The notes: generated by a model not told the origin, from the letters alone. DNA of 64,000 nucleotides from the human T2T-CHM13v2.0 reference genome, Homo sapiens (GCF_009914755.1 NC_060934.1), one strand, 5' to 3'; counted from the first letter of the stretch, positions 38,970-53,969 are shown. Made by a program: numbers and translations.

Positions 38970-39290
38970 AGTTGTGTTTAGGTATGTGCAATAGTAAATC
39001 TTACTTGAGTGGCTTAAATATTTTTAAACACTTTTATTTTCCTCACTTAACAAGAAGTCTGGAGGTAGATAGTCCCAGCTGGCTTGGCGCTCATGGAGAA
39101 GATCGGTGATCCAGGCTTTTTCTAGCCTTCATTGTCTGTGCGTGGCTTGTATGCTCCTTGATTTAAGAAGGCTGTAGCACGCCTACATTCCTGGCAGAAA
39201 GATGAGCTGCCTGCAGATTTTTACGTACAGCTCCTTGGCCAGAACTGTGTCGCAGAACCACCCTTTGCTCCAAGAAACGCTGGAACATTG
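38970..39290 (-). mobile_element. Old MLT1 LTR fragment
   Basis: 'gtggcttaaa...ctcacttaacaagaagtctggaggtag...ttggccagaactgtgtc'. Confidence 0.6.
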
Positions 39291-39539
39291 TTTTTTATTC
39301 TCTATTTTAGATTCTTTATTCTCTTATCTGAAAGGGGAAGTGCAATGAACATCCTCATATGATTGTTGTGAGGCTCCAATATATGAATACAAGTAAGCAT
39401 CTAGCCCAGCACCTGGAACACTAAGTAGGCTCACAAACTAGACAAAGCTGGACTCCAAGGAGCCAAAAAGTGAAATCACATTCAAATGAGATACACGTAT
39501 GATTCCAAAAATATTAAAGAATAATATATATATTTTATT

Positions 39540-41210
39540 TTTAAAATTAAATTTTTGTTTCTTTTTAAATCAGTGCACGTACATATTTTAGAGACAAATA
39601 GTTCTATAAGACATAATGAAACCAGTAGTCTCTTATCCTCCACACTTCCCTCAATTCCCAGAATGTGGTTCTTCAGGGGCAATTGCTATGAGATTTTTTG
39701 GGAGCATGTCTTCTGAAATTTATCTCCTGATTTCTAAATAACATGTTTCTTTTGATATCTACTGATATCTACCAATATTTCCATTTTAGTATCTATTGGA
39801 AAAATACTATAAAAAGTGAGGATTTTTGCTGACTTATAGCCTATTTCTCACTAAACACATATCGTCGTTTTGGTTAAATCATTATTTACTGTTTACCTTA
39901 TTATTCAGAGCCACATCTTGTAGTGTCTGTGATGATTAAACTTTGTTTTGACTTACATTAATAACTGCCTCTTTTATTTTTCTGAGTTTTTAATGTACCT
40001 ATCAATAATTCATGCCAAACTTTCTACCGGAAGTGTATATCTTCTCTCTATATGTTAAAATTACTCAACTAGCTCAGGGTTATCTTTTTCCTCCTGGAGG
40101 TCTCTGTCCCCGTTTGAATCTAGGCTGCTGCATAGTATTCATCCTTATTCTTCATTGGCCTGGAAATTCCGTTTACTCCCTTGCTTGGTAGAGTTCCTGT
40201 TTTCTGGATCCCCTGTCTTTTTTCTTCTTGGATTATACCTTCATTTTGGGGTCTCATATTTTGCATTACTTTCTTGAGAAAGAATTCTTGGGAGGTAAAT
40301 TATTTAAGAACTTGCACATGCGAAAATATTTCATTTCCTACCTTTACCCTCAATTAATAGTTTGGCTGTATATAGAAATCTATTGTGCCTCTTGTCCCCA
40401 AAAACTTTGAAACCATTGCTCCCTTTTATTCTAGTGTCATTCTGCAGCCTAGCTTCTTACATTGTGATTATGAAATTTGGTGAGATTCTGATCACGTATT
40501 CTTTTATGTAACTATTTTCCCCTGTCTGAAAGATCTTAGAATCTGCTATTCACCCCAAAGTTATTCAGTCTTTATTAAATCTGCTCGTTCATTTTCATAG
40601 CCTCCTTTTCTTGTTCTATGAAGACAAAATCTTCTCTTTTGCATATTAAATATAAGTGTGTTGGGATAAGTTTTCTTCTGCTTTATGTTTTGTCTCTCAG
40701 GCAAGTTTTTTCCTATTTATTTTAATGTCTACCTTTCATGTGGAGGAGTTTCTTAAATGTCTTATAATTCTTAGCTCTTTTTTTTTTACATGTTTAAGTT
40801 AGATGTTCTACAAAGCTGTAGAAGCAGTGCATGTGTGGAGGGTGCTGGTGAGTAGTTGGCTTTACTGTAGGATTATTGCTCTTTGTTGCGGATTCTCAAA
40901 TATCAGCATCTATAGGTTTTCATTCTTAGGCTGGCCATTTTGCAGAGGGCTTCTCCGACTTAGGCCTGGAGGTCTGAACCTGGCTGCAAGCATTCTGTGA
41001 GCATGTATGGTAGAGGCACTTAGGATTTCACCATTCAGTCACATTCATCCCCTTTTAGATCATCCCCTTCCTCACCTGTATCTTGTGTCACTTGTTCAGC
41101 CTTTTCAGTTGAGTAAATTCCCAGTTGTCTGTAGGGTGGAGGAGGTATGATTGGTTGTCTGGTTGATAGGCTGGGAAAGGTGTTCTAGGAGCTTGTCCTT
41201 AAAACTTTTA
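39540..41210 (-). mobile_element. HAL1/old L1 antisense fragments
   Basis: 'cttgcacatgcgaaaatatttcatt...taatagtttggctgtatatagaaatcta...aaactttgaaaccattgctcc' resembles the HAL1 reverse complement. Confidence 0.55.
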
Positions 41211-41739
41211 ATGAAGTATTTAGGAGATTCAAAAGCATATAGAAAAGAGTTAAACTCCCAGAAACATGGTCATCTGTTAATTAGAAAAATGCCCTATTAA
41301 ATACATCAATAAAAATAAGCTAGAACCCTCTTCCCCCCAAACTTACTCACACCCACCTTTCAAAATTAATGGCTGAGCTGACTTGAATGTAGTGGAAACA
41401 CCCAGAGGCCAAATTGGAGCAACAAGGTGAATAGAGAGAGATAAGCAAGTGTTGGAGCAATTCCTAATCGCTGATGACCTAAGCTTTCGATTTAAAGGTC
41501 ACTTAGCCACACTTGACAAAGCCCCAAGTCTTTGTATGTAGTCAGCTAAGCTGTGTTCTCAGTTAAAATGTGAGCTGGAAACATTCTCTTCTGAAAAAGA
41601 GACAGGCAAAAAAATTCAAATCTCCCCATGAAGACCTAAAATCATTCTTTTCTTCTCTGCATGTACCATATTTCAAGGGTCCCTGGAACTTCCAATTTCT
41701 GAGACTTTTGGAATTATATATCACAAACTATCTTGCTTC

Positions 41740-42167
41740 TTTTTTATTATTATTATTATACTTTAAGTTCGGGGACACATGTGCAGAACCTGCAGGTTTC
41801 GTACATAGGTATACACGTGCCATGGTGGTTTGCTGCACCCATCAACCCGTCATTTACATTAGGTATTTCTCCTAATGCTATCCCTTCCCTAGCCTGCCAC
41901 TCCCCAACAGGCCCTGGTTTGTGATGTTCCCCTCCCTGTGTCCATGTGTTCTCATTGTTCAGCTCCCATTTATGAGTGAGAACATGTGGTGTTTGGTTTT
42001 CTGTTCCTGTGTTAGTTTGCTGAGAATGATGGTTTCCAGTTTCATCTATGTCCCTGCAAAAGACATGAACTCATCCTTTTTTATGGCTGCATAGTATTCC
42101 ATGGTGTATATGTGCCACATTTTCTTTATCCAGTCTATCATTGATGGGCATTTGGGTTGGTTCCAAG
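41740..42167 (-). mobile_element. L1PA (L1PA7-like) 3' end
   Basis: 'ttatactttaagttc...catgtgcagaac...gccatggtggtttgctgcacccatcaacc'. Confidence 0.9.
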
Positions 42168-43888
42168 TTTAACATTTCTCTCTCATGCAGTTAGCATTCT
42201 GTTCTTTATAATTTGCTAAGATAGCTACCATATTTCTATGTATTTTGAAATTCTGAAACTGATATGTTTGCTGATGTTTTGTGTTATTTTTATTTTTATC
42301 ATCAAAAGTATACTTTATCACTTTTTTGGAATGCTGTGGTGTTTTATGAAAAAAGAGAGGTAAATGTGGGTAATCTATAATCACTTTAAACAGAACTTCC
42401 AACATGTAAACCATTACTAGAGACTTCATAGTCCATATCATAGTAAAGTTTCTTAAAAAGACTGCAAACATTTATTTCTTTGCCCACAATTTTCCACTCA
42501 TAGCAGCTGGTAAATTTTCTCTTATTTCCCACCAGCACACATTGTTTTTTCACTGCCTCTTTGCATCACATCATATTCCATCTCATTCTCAGTCTGAACA
42601 CTGGAATTTTAAAAAGCATTCCAAAGCTGACGAATCTTTAGCTAGACTAAGAAAAAAAGAGAGAAGACTTGAATAAACAAGTCAGAAATTAAATAGGAGA
42701 CATTACAAATGATACCACAAAACTAGAAAGAACCATAAAAGACTACTATGAATAATTATCACCAACAAATTGGATAACCTAGGATAAATGGATAAATTTC
42801 TAGAAACAAAGAACCTACCAAGATTGAATCATGAAGAAATAGAAAATCTGAATAGACCTATGCATCGGAAGGAGATTTAACCAGTAATAAAATATCTACC
42901 AATAAAAAAAGCTCAGAACCAAATGGCTTCACTGGTGAACTCTGCTAAACATTTAAAGAAGAATTAATGGCAATTATTCTCAAACTCTTAAAAAAAATGG
43001 AAGAGGAGAGAACATTTACAAATTCACTTTAGAAGGCTATTATTACTATAATATCAAAGCCAGACAAGGACATTACAAAAAAAAATTATAGGCCAATATC
43101 GCTGATTAATATAGATGCAAAAATCATCAATGAAATACTAGAAAACCAAATTTAACATCCCACTAAAAGGATTACCATTTAACACTTAACCATGATCAAG
43201 TGGGATGTATATCTGGAATAAAAAAAATGGTTCACCATATACAAATCAACAAATGTGATACAACACATTACTAGAATAAAGGATAAAAATCATATGATCA
43301 CCTCAATAAATATGGGAAAGGCAATTGACAAATTTCAATATGCTTTCATGATTAAAAACTCAACAAGTTAGGTATAGGAGGAATGTACCTCAAAATAATA
43401 AAAGTCATATATGTCTAGCTCACAGCCAACACCATACTCAATGGAAAAAAGCTGAAAGCTTTTTCTCTAAGATCAGGAACAAAATAAGGATGTCTGCTAT
43501 TGCTCTTTCTATTCAACATGGCACTGGAAATTCACTAAAGCAATGATGCAGGAAAGGAAAGGGCATCCAAGGTGGAAAGGAAGAAGTTAAATTGTCCCTG
43601 TTTGCAGTTGACAAAATTTCCTATATACAAAACCTCAAAGATTCAACTAGAAAACCTGTTAAACTAATAAATTCAGAAAAGTTGCAGGACACAGAATCAA
43701 CATATGAAAGTTAGCTGCGTCTATATACTAACAGCAAACTATTTGAAGAGAAATTAAAACATCATTTACAATAATATCAAAAAGAATAAAATACTTAGGA
43801 ATAAATTTAACCATGATGGTAAAAAATTTTGTACACCAAAAATTGTATAACATTGGTAAAAAAAAAAAGTTGAAGAAGACTCAAATAA

Positions 43889-44501
<613 letters not shown>

Positions 44502-44881
44502 TCAGTGCAATTTCTTATTAAAATTTCAATAGCATTTTTCATAGAAATATCAAAATAATCCTAAAATTTGTATGGAATTACGAAGAATCCCAATGAATCA
44601 AAACAATTTTAAAAAAAGAAGAACAAAGTTGAAGGCACCATCCTTAGTAATTTCAAAGTGTATTACAAAGCTATAGTGATCAAAACAATATGGTCCTACT
44701 TGAAAACAGATACATAGACTAATGAAAAAGAATGGATAGCCCAGAAATAAACTTATACATAAATGGTTTATTAATCTTTGACAAAGGTGCCAAGAATACA
44801 TGAGGAAAGAACTATCCTCTTTAATAAATGGTGTTGGAAAAAATGGGTTTCCACTTGCAAAAATTACCCAAACTGGACCCC

Positions 44882-45348
44882 TGTCTTTGTCTGTTTTGTG
44901 TTGCTATAGCAGAGTACCTGAGGCTGGGTAATTTATAAAGAAAAGTAATTTATTTAGCTCTTGGTTCTGCAGGCTTGGAAATTCAGGAAACATAGCATCA
45001 GCATCTGCTTGGCTTCTGGTGAACACCTCATGCTCTTTCCACTCATGACAGAAAGTGGAGGGGGAGTGGGTATGTGCAAAGATTTGACATGGTGAGAGAG
45101 GTTGTGAGAGAGAGAGGAAAACTGAGGAAGCGGACTCTTTTATAACAATATGCTCTTGTGGGAAATAACTCATTCCCAATAGAGCAAGAACTCATTTACC
45201 CACGAGGGAGGACATTAATCTATTCAAAGGGATCCACCCCCATGATCCAAACATCACTCACTAGGCCTCACTTCCCAATACTGGCATATAGGGAGCCAAA
45301 TGTCAACATGAGTTTTGGTGAAGACAAACCACATTCAAATCATAGGCA
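44882..45348 (-). mobile_element. MSTB-like MaLR solo LTR
   Basis: 'tgtctttgtctgttttgtgttgctatagcagagtacctgaggctgggtaatttataaagaaaag...gggatccacccccatgatccaaaca'. Confidence 0.88.
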
Positions 45349-46814
45349 ATTCATATCTTTAACGACTTATAAAAACTAACTTGAAATGGATTAAAAACCT
45401 AAATTTAGGTCCTAATGCCATAAAACTACTATAAAAAACATAGGGGAAAAGCTCCTTAACATTTGTCTCGGCAATAATTTTTTGGATATGAGACTAGAAG
45501 CACAACCAACAAAAATAAAATAACAAATGAGACTACATCAAAGTAAAAATCTTTTGCACAGTAGAGGAAACAATCAGCAAAATGAAAAGGCAACCTGTGG
45601 TATGGGAGAGAATATTTCCAAACCATATATCTGATAAGGGTTACTATTTAAATTTATAAGAAACACATACAACTCAATATCAAAAAAACCCAAATAATCA
45701 AATTAAATAATGGTCAAAGGGCCTGAATAGACATTTTTCTAAAGAAGATATTCAGATAGCCAACAGGTACATGGAAAAGTAATCAACACCACTAATTATC
45801 AGGAAAATGAGATGTAGAGGAAAGGCAATCCTTGTACACTGTTGGTGATAATGTAAATTGTTATAGCCATTATAAAAAACAGTACATATGTTTCTCAAAA
45901 AATTAAATTTAGAACTATCATATGATCCAACAGTCTCACTATTGGGTGTATATCTGAAGGAAAAAACCCAGTATCTGGAGGAGATAGCTGTATTCCAAGG
46001 TTTGTTGCACTATTATTCACAGTAGCCAAGATATGGACATAACCTAGGGGTCTGTTAATGGATGAATCAAAAAAGAAAAGATGGTATATTATACAATGGA
46101 ATTTTTTGAGCCATAAAAACAAAGAAAATTCTACCATTTGGGACAATGTGGATGAAACTGGAGGGCATTATGTTTAGTAAAATAAGCCAAACAAAAAAAG
46201 ACAAATAGTGTTGCTCTCAGTTATGTGTGGAAATCTTCTAAAAAAAGGAACTCACAGAAATAGATTGTTGCGAGATCTGAGGGTGAGTAAAATGAGAAAA
46301 TATTGGTCAAAATGTACAAACTTTCAGTTATAAGATGAACAAGTTCTGAGGATCTAATTTACAGCATGTTTAGTATGGTTAATAATACCTCTTGTATAAT
46401 TGAAGTTTGTTGAGAGTAGATCTTAATTTAAGCATTCTCACAAAAAATAATAAATAAAAAGGTAATTATGTGAAGTGAATGTGTTGATTAACTTAATTAT
46501 GGTAATCATTTTATGATGTGTACACATATTAAATCATCACACTGTACATTAAATATATATAATTTTATTTGTTAATTTTACCTCAAAAAGCTGAAAGAAA
46601 AGAATGACACATAAGGTGGACTTTTGCATTAACTTCAGTGAATATTTAGTACATGTCTCTTTGGTAAAGTTTAGTATTGAAGGTGATGTGAGGAACATAG
46701 AGTTGAAAAAGACTTTTTTGTTTTTTTACTTTAAGGAACATACAATCTAACAGAGAATTTACAATCTAGTTTTCTAAGAGCTTTTATCAAAAATAAGTGT
46801 TGAATATATTTTAT

Positions 46815-47217
46815 CTTTATTTATTTGTTTGTTTTTTAAATTTAGGTTTTATTCCAATAGGTTTTTAGGGAGCAGGTGGTGTTTGGTTATATGAATAAGT
46901 TCTTTAGTGGTAATTTCTGAGATTTTGGTGCATTCATCAACCGAGCAGTGTACACTGTACCCAATGTGTAGTCTTTTATCCCTCACCATTCTCCCACCCT
47001 TTCCCCTGAGTCCCCAAAATCCAATATGTCATTCTTATGCCTTTGAGTCCTCATAGCTTAGCTCCTACTTATGAGTGGGAACGTAGGATGTTTGGTTTTC
47101 CATTCCTGAGTTACTTCACTTAGAATAATGGTCTCCAATTCCATCCAGGTAGCTGCAAATGCCATTATTTCATTCTTTTTTATGGCTGAGTAGTATTCCA
47201 CAGTATCTATATACCAC
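46815..47217 (-). mobile_element. L1PB1-like 3' end
   Basis: 'ggtggtgtttggttatatgaataagttctttagtggtaatttctgagattttggtgca'. TSD-like TGAATAT(A/T)TTTTAT at 46801-46814 and 47218-47231. Confidence 0.88.
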
Positions 47218-47727
47218 TGAATATTTTTTATTTTTGCTATCTATTGAGAATTTCTTTCTTGACTCTATTAGTGTGGTGAATTTGATGGACTGATTTTTAG
47301 ACTGTTACCAACCTTGTTTTCCTGAAGTAAACCCTCTTGGTCATGATGTATTACCGTTTTTTTTTTTTTTAATGTCACTGGATATATCGATTTACTAGTA
47401 TTTTATTTAGGATTTTTACAGGTCTTTGCATGAGGAAGATTTTCCTTTCTTTTAATGTCATTATCAGGTTTTTCTTTTTAAACTGAAGTAATGCTCATAA
47501 AACGAGTTGTGAAATGCTCCCTATTTTTCTATTATCTGAAAGAGTTTGTGTAAGGTGGTTATATCTCTTCCTAAATGTTTGGAATAATTCACCAGTGCCA
47601 TCTGGGTTGGGATTTTTCTTTAGGAAGGTTTTAAACTATAGATTCAATTTCTTTTATAAAGAATTATGCAGGTTTCCTGTTTCTTCTTGAGTCAGTTTTG
47701 ATTAAGTTGTATTTTTTAAGAAATTTA

Positions 47728-48013
47728 GGCTGGGTGTGGTGGCTCACGCCTGTAATCCCAGCACTTTGGGAGGCCAAGGCTGGCGGATCATGAGGTCAGT
47801 AGTTCAATACCAGCCTGACCAACATGGTGAAACCCCATCTCTACTAAAAATACAAAAATTAGCCGGGCATGGTGGCATGCACCTGTAATCCCAGCTACTC
47901 AAGAGGCTGAGGCAGAAGAATCACTTGAACCTGGGAGGCGGAGGTTGCAGTGAGCCAAGATTGCGCCACCGCGCTTGAGCCTGGGCGACAGAGCAAGACT
48001 CCATCTAAAAAAA
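47728..48013 (+). mobile_element. AluSg-like
   Basis: Full Alu. TSD AAGAAATTTA at 47718-47727 and 48014-48023. Confidence 0.92.
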
Positions 48014-48737
48014 AAGAAATTTAGATATTTTAATCTAAATTTTCAAAATAAAATGTTCTTCTTTTTTGTAGATATACAATCCTAAGTGATATCCCCTTTT
48101 TGATTTGTGTAATTGACCCTATCTTTATTTCTTTTTACTTTCTTGATCTATCTTACCAGTGGTTTGTTGATGTTCTTAGTCTTGACAAAAAACCAACAGT
48201 TGCCTCTGTTTATCCACTCTTTTGCATCTGTTTACTTACTTTATTTTATTGTCTTTATTGTTTCCTTCTTTATGATTCTTTTGGGGTTTAATTTTCTCTT
48301 CTTTTACTAACTTTTGTAATATACATGCAGATAATGATTTTAAGAATTTCTTCTTTTCTAAATATGCATCTGATGTAAGTTTTTCTCTGAGAGTGTCTTT
48401 CAGTACTACCTTCAAGTTGTCATATGTCATATTTTTATTATTGTTTGATTAAAAGTATTTTACAAATTTTTATTATGATTTTTCTCCTTAATACTACATA
48501 AGTAATTTATAAGTCATTTTCTTAATTCCCAAATCTTTGGAAATTTTAGAGTTACATTTTCTTATTTATTTTCTGCTTAATATCATTGTCATCAAAAGAC
48601 ATGATTTGTGTAATTTCAATAATTTGGAATTTGTAGAGAGTTGTTTTCTGGATAAGCATGTGATCAATTTCATTGTGTCCATATGCAGTTGAAAAGAATG
48701 CGTTGTTGGGTATAGAAATATATATCAATTAGATTAA

Positions 48738-49044
<307 letters not shown>

Positions 49045-49084
49045 CATATTGTTCAATTTTTTATATGCTTTAAAAAAATCTGAT

Positions 49085-49363
49085 TTTTTTCTCTTTTTTT
49101 TGGTCACTCAAGCTGGAGTGCAGTGGCGTGATCAAATTCACTGCAGTCTTTAACTCCTGGGCTCAAATGATTCTCCTGCTTCAGCCTCCTGAGTAGCTGG
49201 GACTAAGGCACATGCCACCATGCCTGGCTACTTTTTAAGTTTTTTGTAGGAGTGGGTCTCACTTTGTTGTCTAGGCTGGTCTTAAATTCTTGGCTTCAAG
49301 AAATCCTCCCACCTTGGCCTCTAAACGTGTTGGGATTATAGATGTGAACTACTGCACCTAGAC
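49085..49363 (-). mobile_element. AluJ
   Basis: Diverged Alu reverse complement with J-type 'ctcctgggctcaa'. Confidence 0.85.
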
Positions 49364-49827
49364 AGAATTTTTTTCAATTACTGAGAGAAGTATATTAAGA
49401 TCTTCCATTATGATTGCAGATTTTTCCATCTATTCTTTTGATGTTTACTGCCTTTATGTATTTTGAGGCTCTATTATTGAGTGCATACATATTTAAATTG
49501 TTATTTCTTCTTGTTGGATTCACCCCTTTGTCAGTACTAAACTTCTCACTTTATCTCAAGTAATGCTTCTTACTTTAAAGAATAGTTTCTGTGTTTTCTT
49601 GTGGTTAGAGTTTTCATAATATATCTTTCCTTTTTTTTTTAACCTTCAACCATTTGATGTCATTTTATTTAAAGGGTTTTCCTGTAAGCAGAATACAGTT
49701 GGATTTTGTTACTTTTATCCAGCCTGTGAGCCTTTGTCTTTAAATGGAAAATTAAGTCCATTTACATTTAATATAACTCCTGAAGCATTTGAATTTAAAC
49801 ATATTTTATTATTTGCTCGTCATTTCT

Positions 49828-52117
49828 CCCACCTTGTTTCTATTATATATGTATCTATATATATGTAGATATAGACACAGATATCTAGATATATATGCCA
49901 CCTGGTTTCTATTATATATATAGATACATATATCCATATATCTATCTATCTACATCTATCAATCTAGCTATATATATCAATATATATCTATATATCGATA
50001 TATAATAGAAACCAGGTGGGAGAAATAAAGAGCAAATAATAAAAAATAGATATCAGGTGGGAGCTATATAGATATATATCTGTATCTATATATCTATGTA
50101 TCCATATCTATATATCTCCCATGTGGTTTCTATTATAGATATATATAGAATCTATATTATAGATATATATATTATAGATATATATCTATAGATAAATAGA
50201 TAGATATAGATATAGATATATAATAGAAACCAGGTGGGAGATACATAGAGATACATATATATCTATATAGAGAGATATATGTATAGATATATAGAGAGAG
50301 CTATATAGAGAGAGATATATATTTCTATATACAGATATATAGAGAGATATATATTTCCATATAGAGATCTATAGAGAGAGATATATATAGAGATATATAT
50401 TTCTATATAGAGATATATAGAGATATATATTTCTATATAGAGATATATAGAGATATATATAGAGAGCTATATATATCTCTATATAGAGAGATTTGTAGAG
50501 CTATATATACAGAGAGATATATATAGGGAGATATAGAGAGATACATATATCTCTATTTATCTCCATATCTCTCTATAGAGAGATATATCTGTATATATCT
50601 CCCACCTGGTTTCTATTATATATCTATATCTATATTTATCTATCTATATATCTATATCTATCTATATATATAGATATCTATATATCTATACCTATATATC
50701 TGTATATCTATAGATATATATCCATATCTATGTACCTACAGATATATATCCATATCTATCTATGTACCTACAGATATATATCCATATCTATGTACCTACA
50801 GATATATATCCATATCTATGTACCTACAGATACATATCCATATCTATCCGTGTACCTACAGATATATATCCATATCTATCCGTGTACCTACAGATATATA
50901 TCCATATCTATCCGTGTACCTACAGATATATATCCATATCTATCCGTGTACCTACAGATATATATCCATATCTATCCGTGTACCTACAGATATATATCCA
51001 TATCTATCCGTGTACCTACAGATATATATCCATATCTATCCGTGTACCTACAGATATATATCCATATCTATCCGTGTATCTACAGTTATATATCCATATC
51101 CGTGTATCTATAGATATATATCTATATCTATCTATGTATCTATAGATATATATCTGTATCTGTCTATCTATAATATAGATTCTATATATATCTATAATAG
51201 AAACCAGGTGGGAGATATATAGATATATAGATATAGATATAGATATATATAGCTCCCACCTGGTATCTATTTTTTATTATTTGCTCTTTATTTCTCCCAC
51301 CTGGTTTCTATTATATATAGATATCTAGATATATATTGATATATATAGCTAGATTGATAGAGATCTATTTATCTATCTATCTATCTATCTACCTATCTAT
51401 CTATCTATCTGTCTATCTCTATCTCTATCTATCAATATATCTCCCACCTGGTTTCTATTAACATCTATATATCTATCTATCTATATAATATGTATATCTA
51501 TAATATAGATTCTATATATATCTATAATAGAAACCAGGTGAGATATATAGAGATATATATAATATCTGTATATATCTATATCTATATATATCCCACCTGG
51601 TTTCGGGTATAGATATATATCTAGCTATATCTTATATATATCTATAGTATATCTTACATATATCTATATCTAGATATATATCTAGATCTATGTATCTATA
51701 TATAGATATAGATATCTAGATATCTATGTTTCTATATATAGATATAGATATCTAGATATCTATGTTTCTATATATAGATATAGATATCTAGATATCTATG
51801 TTTCTATATCTAGATATATATTTAGATATAGAGATATAGATATAGATGGATATAGATATCTATAGATATCTTGATATCTATATCTAGATATAGATATCTA
51901 TAGATATCTTGATATCTATATCTAGATATAGATATCTATAGATATCTTGATATCTATATCTAGATATAGATATCTTGATATAGATTTATCAATATAGATA
52001 TCTATATATAGGTATCTATAGATATATCCATATAGAGATCGATATATATCAATGTTGATATATCTCTATCTAGATATCTATATATATATCTATATACCTA
52101 TATCTATATATATATCT
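49828..52117. repeat. Complex (TA/GA/TC)-rich low-complexity array with interspersed 18-mer CCCACCTGGTTTCTATTA in both orientations
   Basis: Read directly; see findings for the copy map. Confidence 0.95.
50733..51104. repeat. 32-bp minisatellite (TACCTACAGATATATATCCATATCTATCCGTG), ~12 units
   Basis: Seven identical units at 50853-51076, with 28-bp and 32-bp variants on either side. Confidence 0.95.
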
Positions 52118-53016
52118 GCTTTTCACCAGTTTTACAATGGTGTGTGAAGTTTTGCTTTCTTTTTTTATTATCCTGCTTGAGTTCATAGTGGGTTCTGAAT
52201 TTTTGACTTGATGTCTTTAATCAGATTTGGAAAAAAAAATCAGCCATCACCTCTTCATTAGTTGCTTTCATTCTGTTTTTTAATTTCTTTTTGAACTGTA
52301 GTTACACACTGATTAGGACTTTTTATTATGGTCTATCTGCCTCTTACCTGTTGGTATTTTCTATGCTTTTGTTTCACTTTTCGTTAGTCTGACTATTTTC
52401 TTCTGATGTATCTTTCGGTTCACTAATTTTTTTTCCTTTAGCTGCTGAGTTTAATATCCTGTTAAAAACATCTGTTGACTTCTTAATTTCCATTATTATG
52501 TTTCCTGTTTTACAAATTTCAATTTGAAATAAAATTTTTATGGTTTTTGCCATCTTTTATTTCTTTGTACATATTAAGCATAATAATTTGAAATCCCAAG
52601 GCAGAGAATTCCATTATCTGGATGACTTGTGGGTCTATTTCTAATTTTTGTTGTTGCCTTCAGTTGAATGCTTTTTTGCTTGTTTATTTTTTTAATTCTT
52701 GCTGGAATTTGGTGCATAAAATTTGTAGAAATAATATGGGACTCTGAAAGATGTTGTCTCCCTGCAGAGAGAATTTAATTTTTCTTTTGACAAGTGGTTG
52801 GGATAGGAAAGATAAACTTAATTCAGTTAGGGATTGAACTATTTAAAATTGGGCTTCAGACTTTTTGAGAGTTGATCTATTTCTGCTTCTGCCTTACTCT
52901 TAGAATAAGAGTTGGAGGTTGCAAATGAAAGTGCGGAATGTTTAATAGAACCTCACCTTCCTGACAGACCCTTAGCTCCAACCCCCACCTATGAGATGTT
53001 TCTGAAAGTCTGTTAA

Positions 53017-53514
<498 letters not shown>

Positions 53515-53969
53515 TAATAGGTTAAAAACCAATTTTGTTCAGGTTTTCTAAATGTTCTAAGTGGGGTGGGAGGATTTTATCTGAAACAAGCTAGTCTGTC
53601 ATTTTTGTGTAAAATCTTTCCTTAGTGTTTTCCCCACCCTACCTTACCTGATGTTATAGCTTCCTTTCTTCTTCCCTGTTCCTCTCACACCCTGGTCTCT
53701 GGGCCTCAACCTCTGTGAGCTTGTTTCTTCCCGCCTAGGACCTTTGTACTTATTGTTCCTTTGCCTGGAATTCTTTCTCTCTTCATCTCTCTTTCCTTGC
53801 CTGTTAAATACCTTTTTAGCTTGAAAATCTAAGATCAAAATTTAGTCCCCCAAATGAGATATTCTAAGACTGTGTCTCTCTTTTGTAAACTCTCATTACA
53901 ATTTACTTAATCTTCTTAGCACTTATCACAGTTGTGTTAAATTATAATTAGTAGTTTAATGCCTCCCAG

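Noticed and set aside
50730-51222. Three 127-134 aa Tyr/Ile-rich ORFs
   Set aside because: They result from a stop-free 32-bp VNTR read in three frames.
49828-51604. CRISPR-like repeat-spacer array
   Set aside because: The repeats occur in both orientations at irregular spacing, the spacers are low-complexity microsatellite, there are no cas genes and the DNA is primate.
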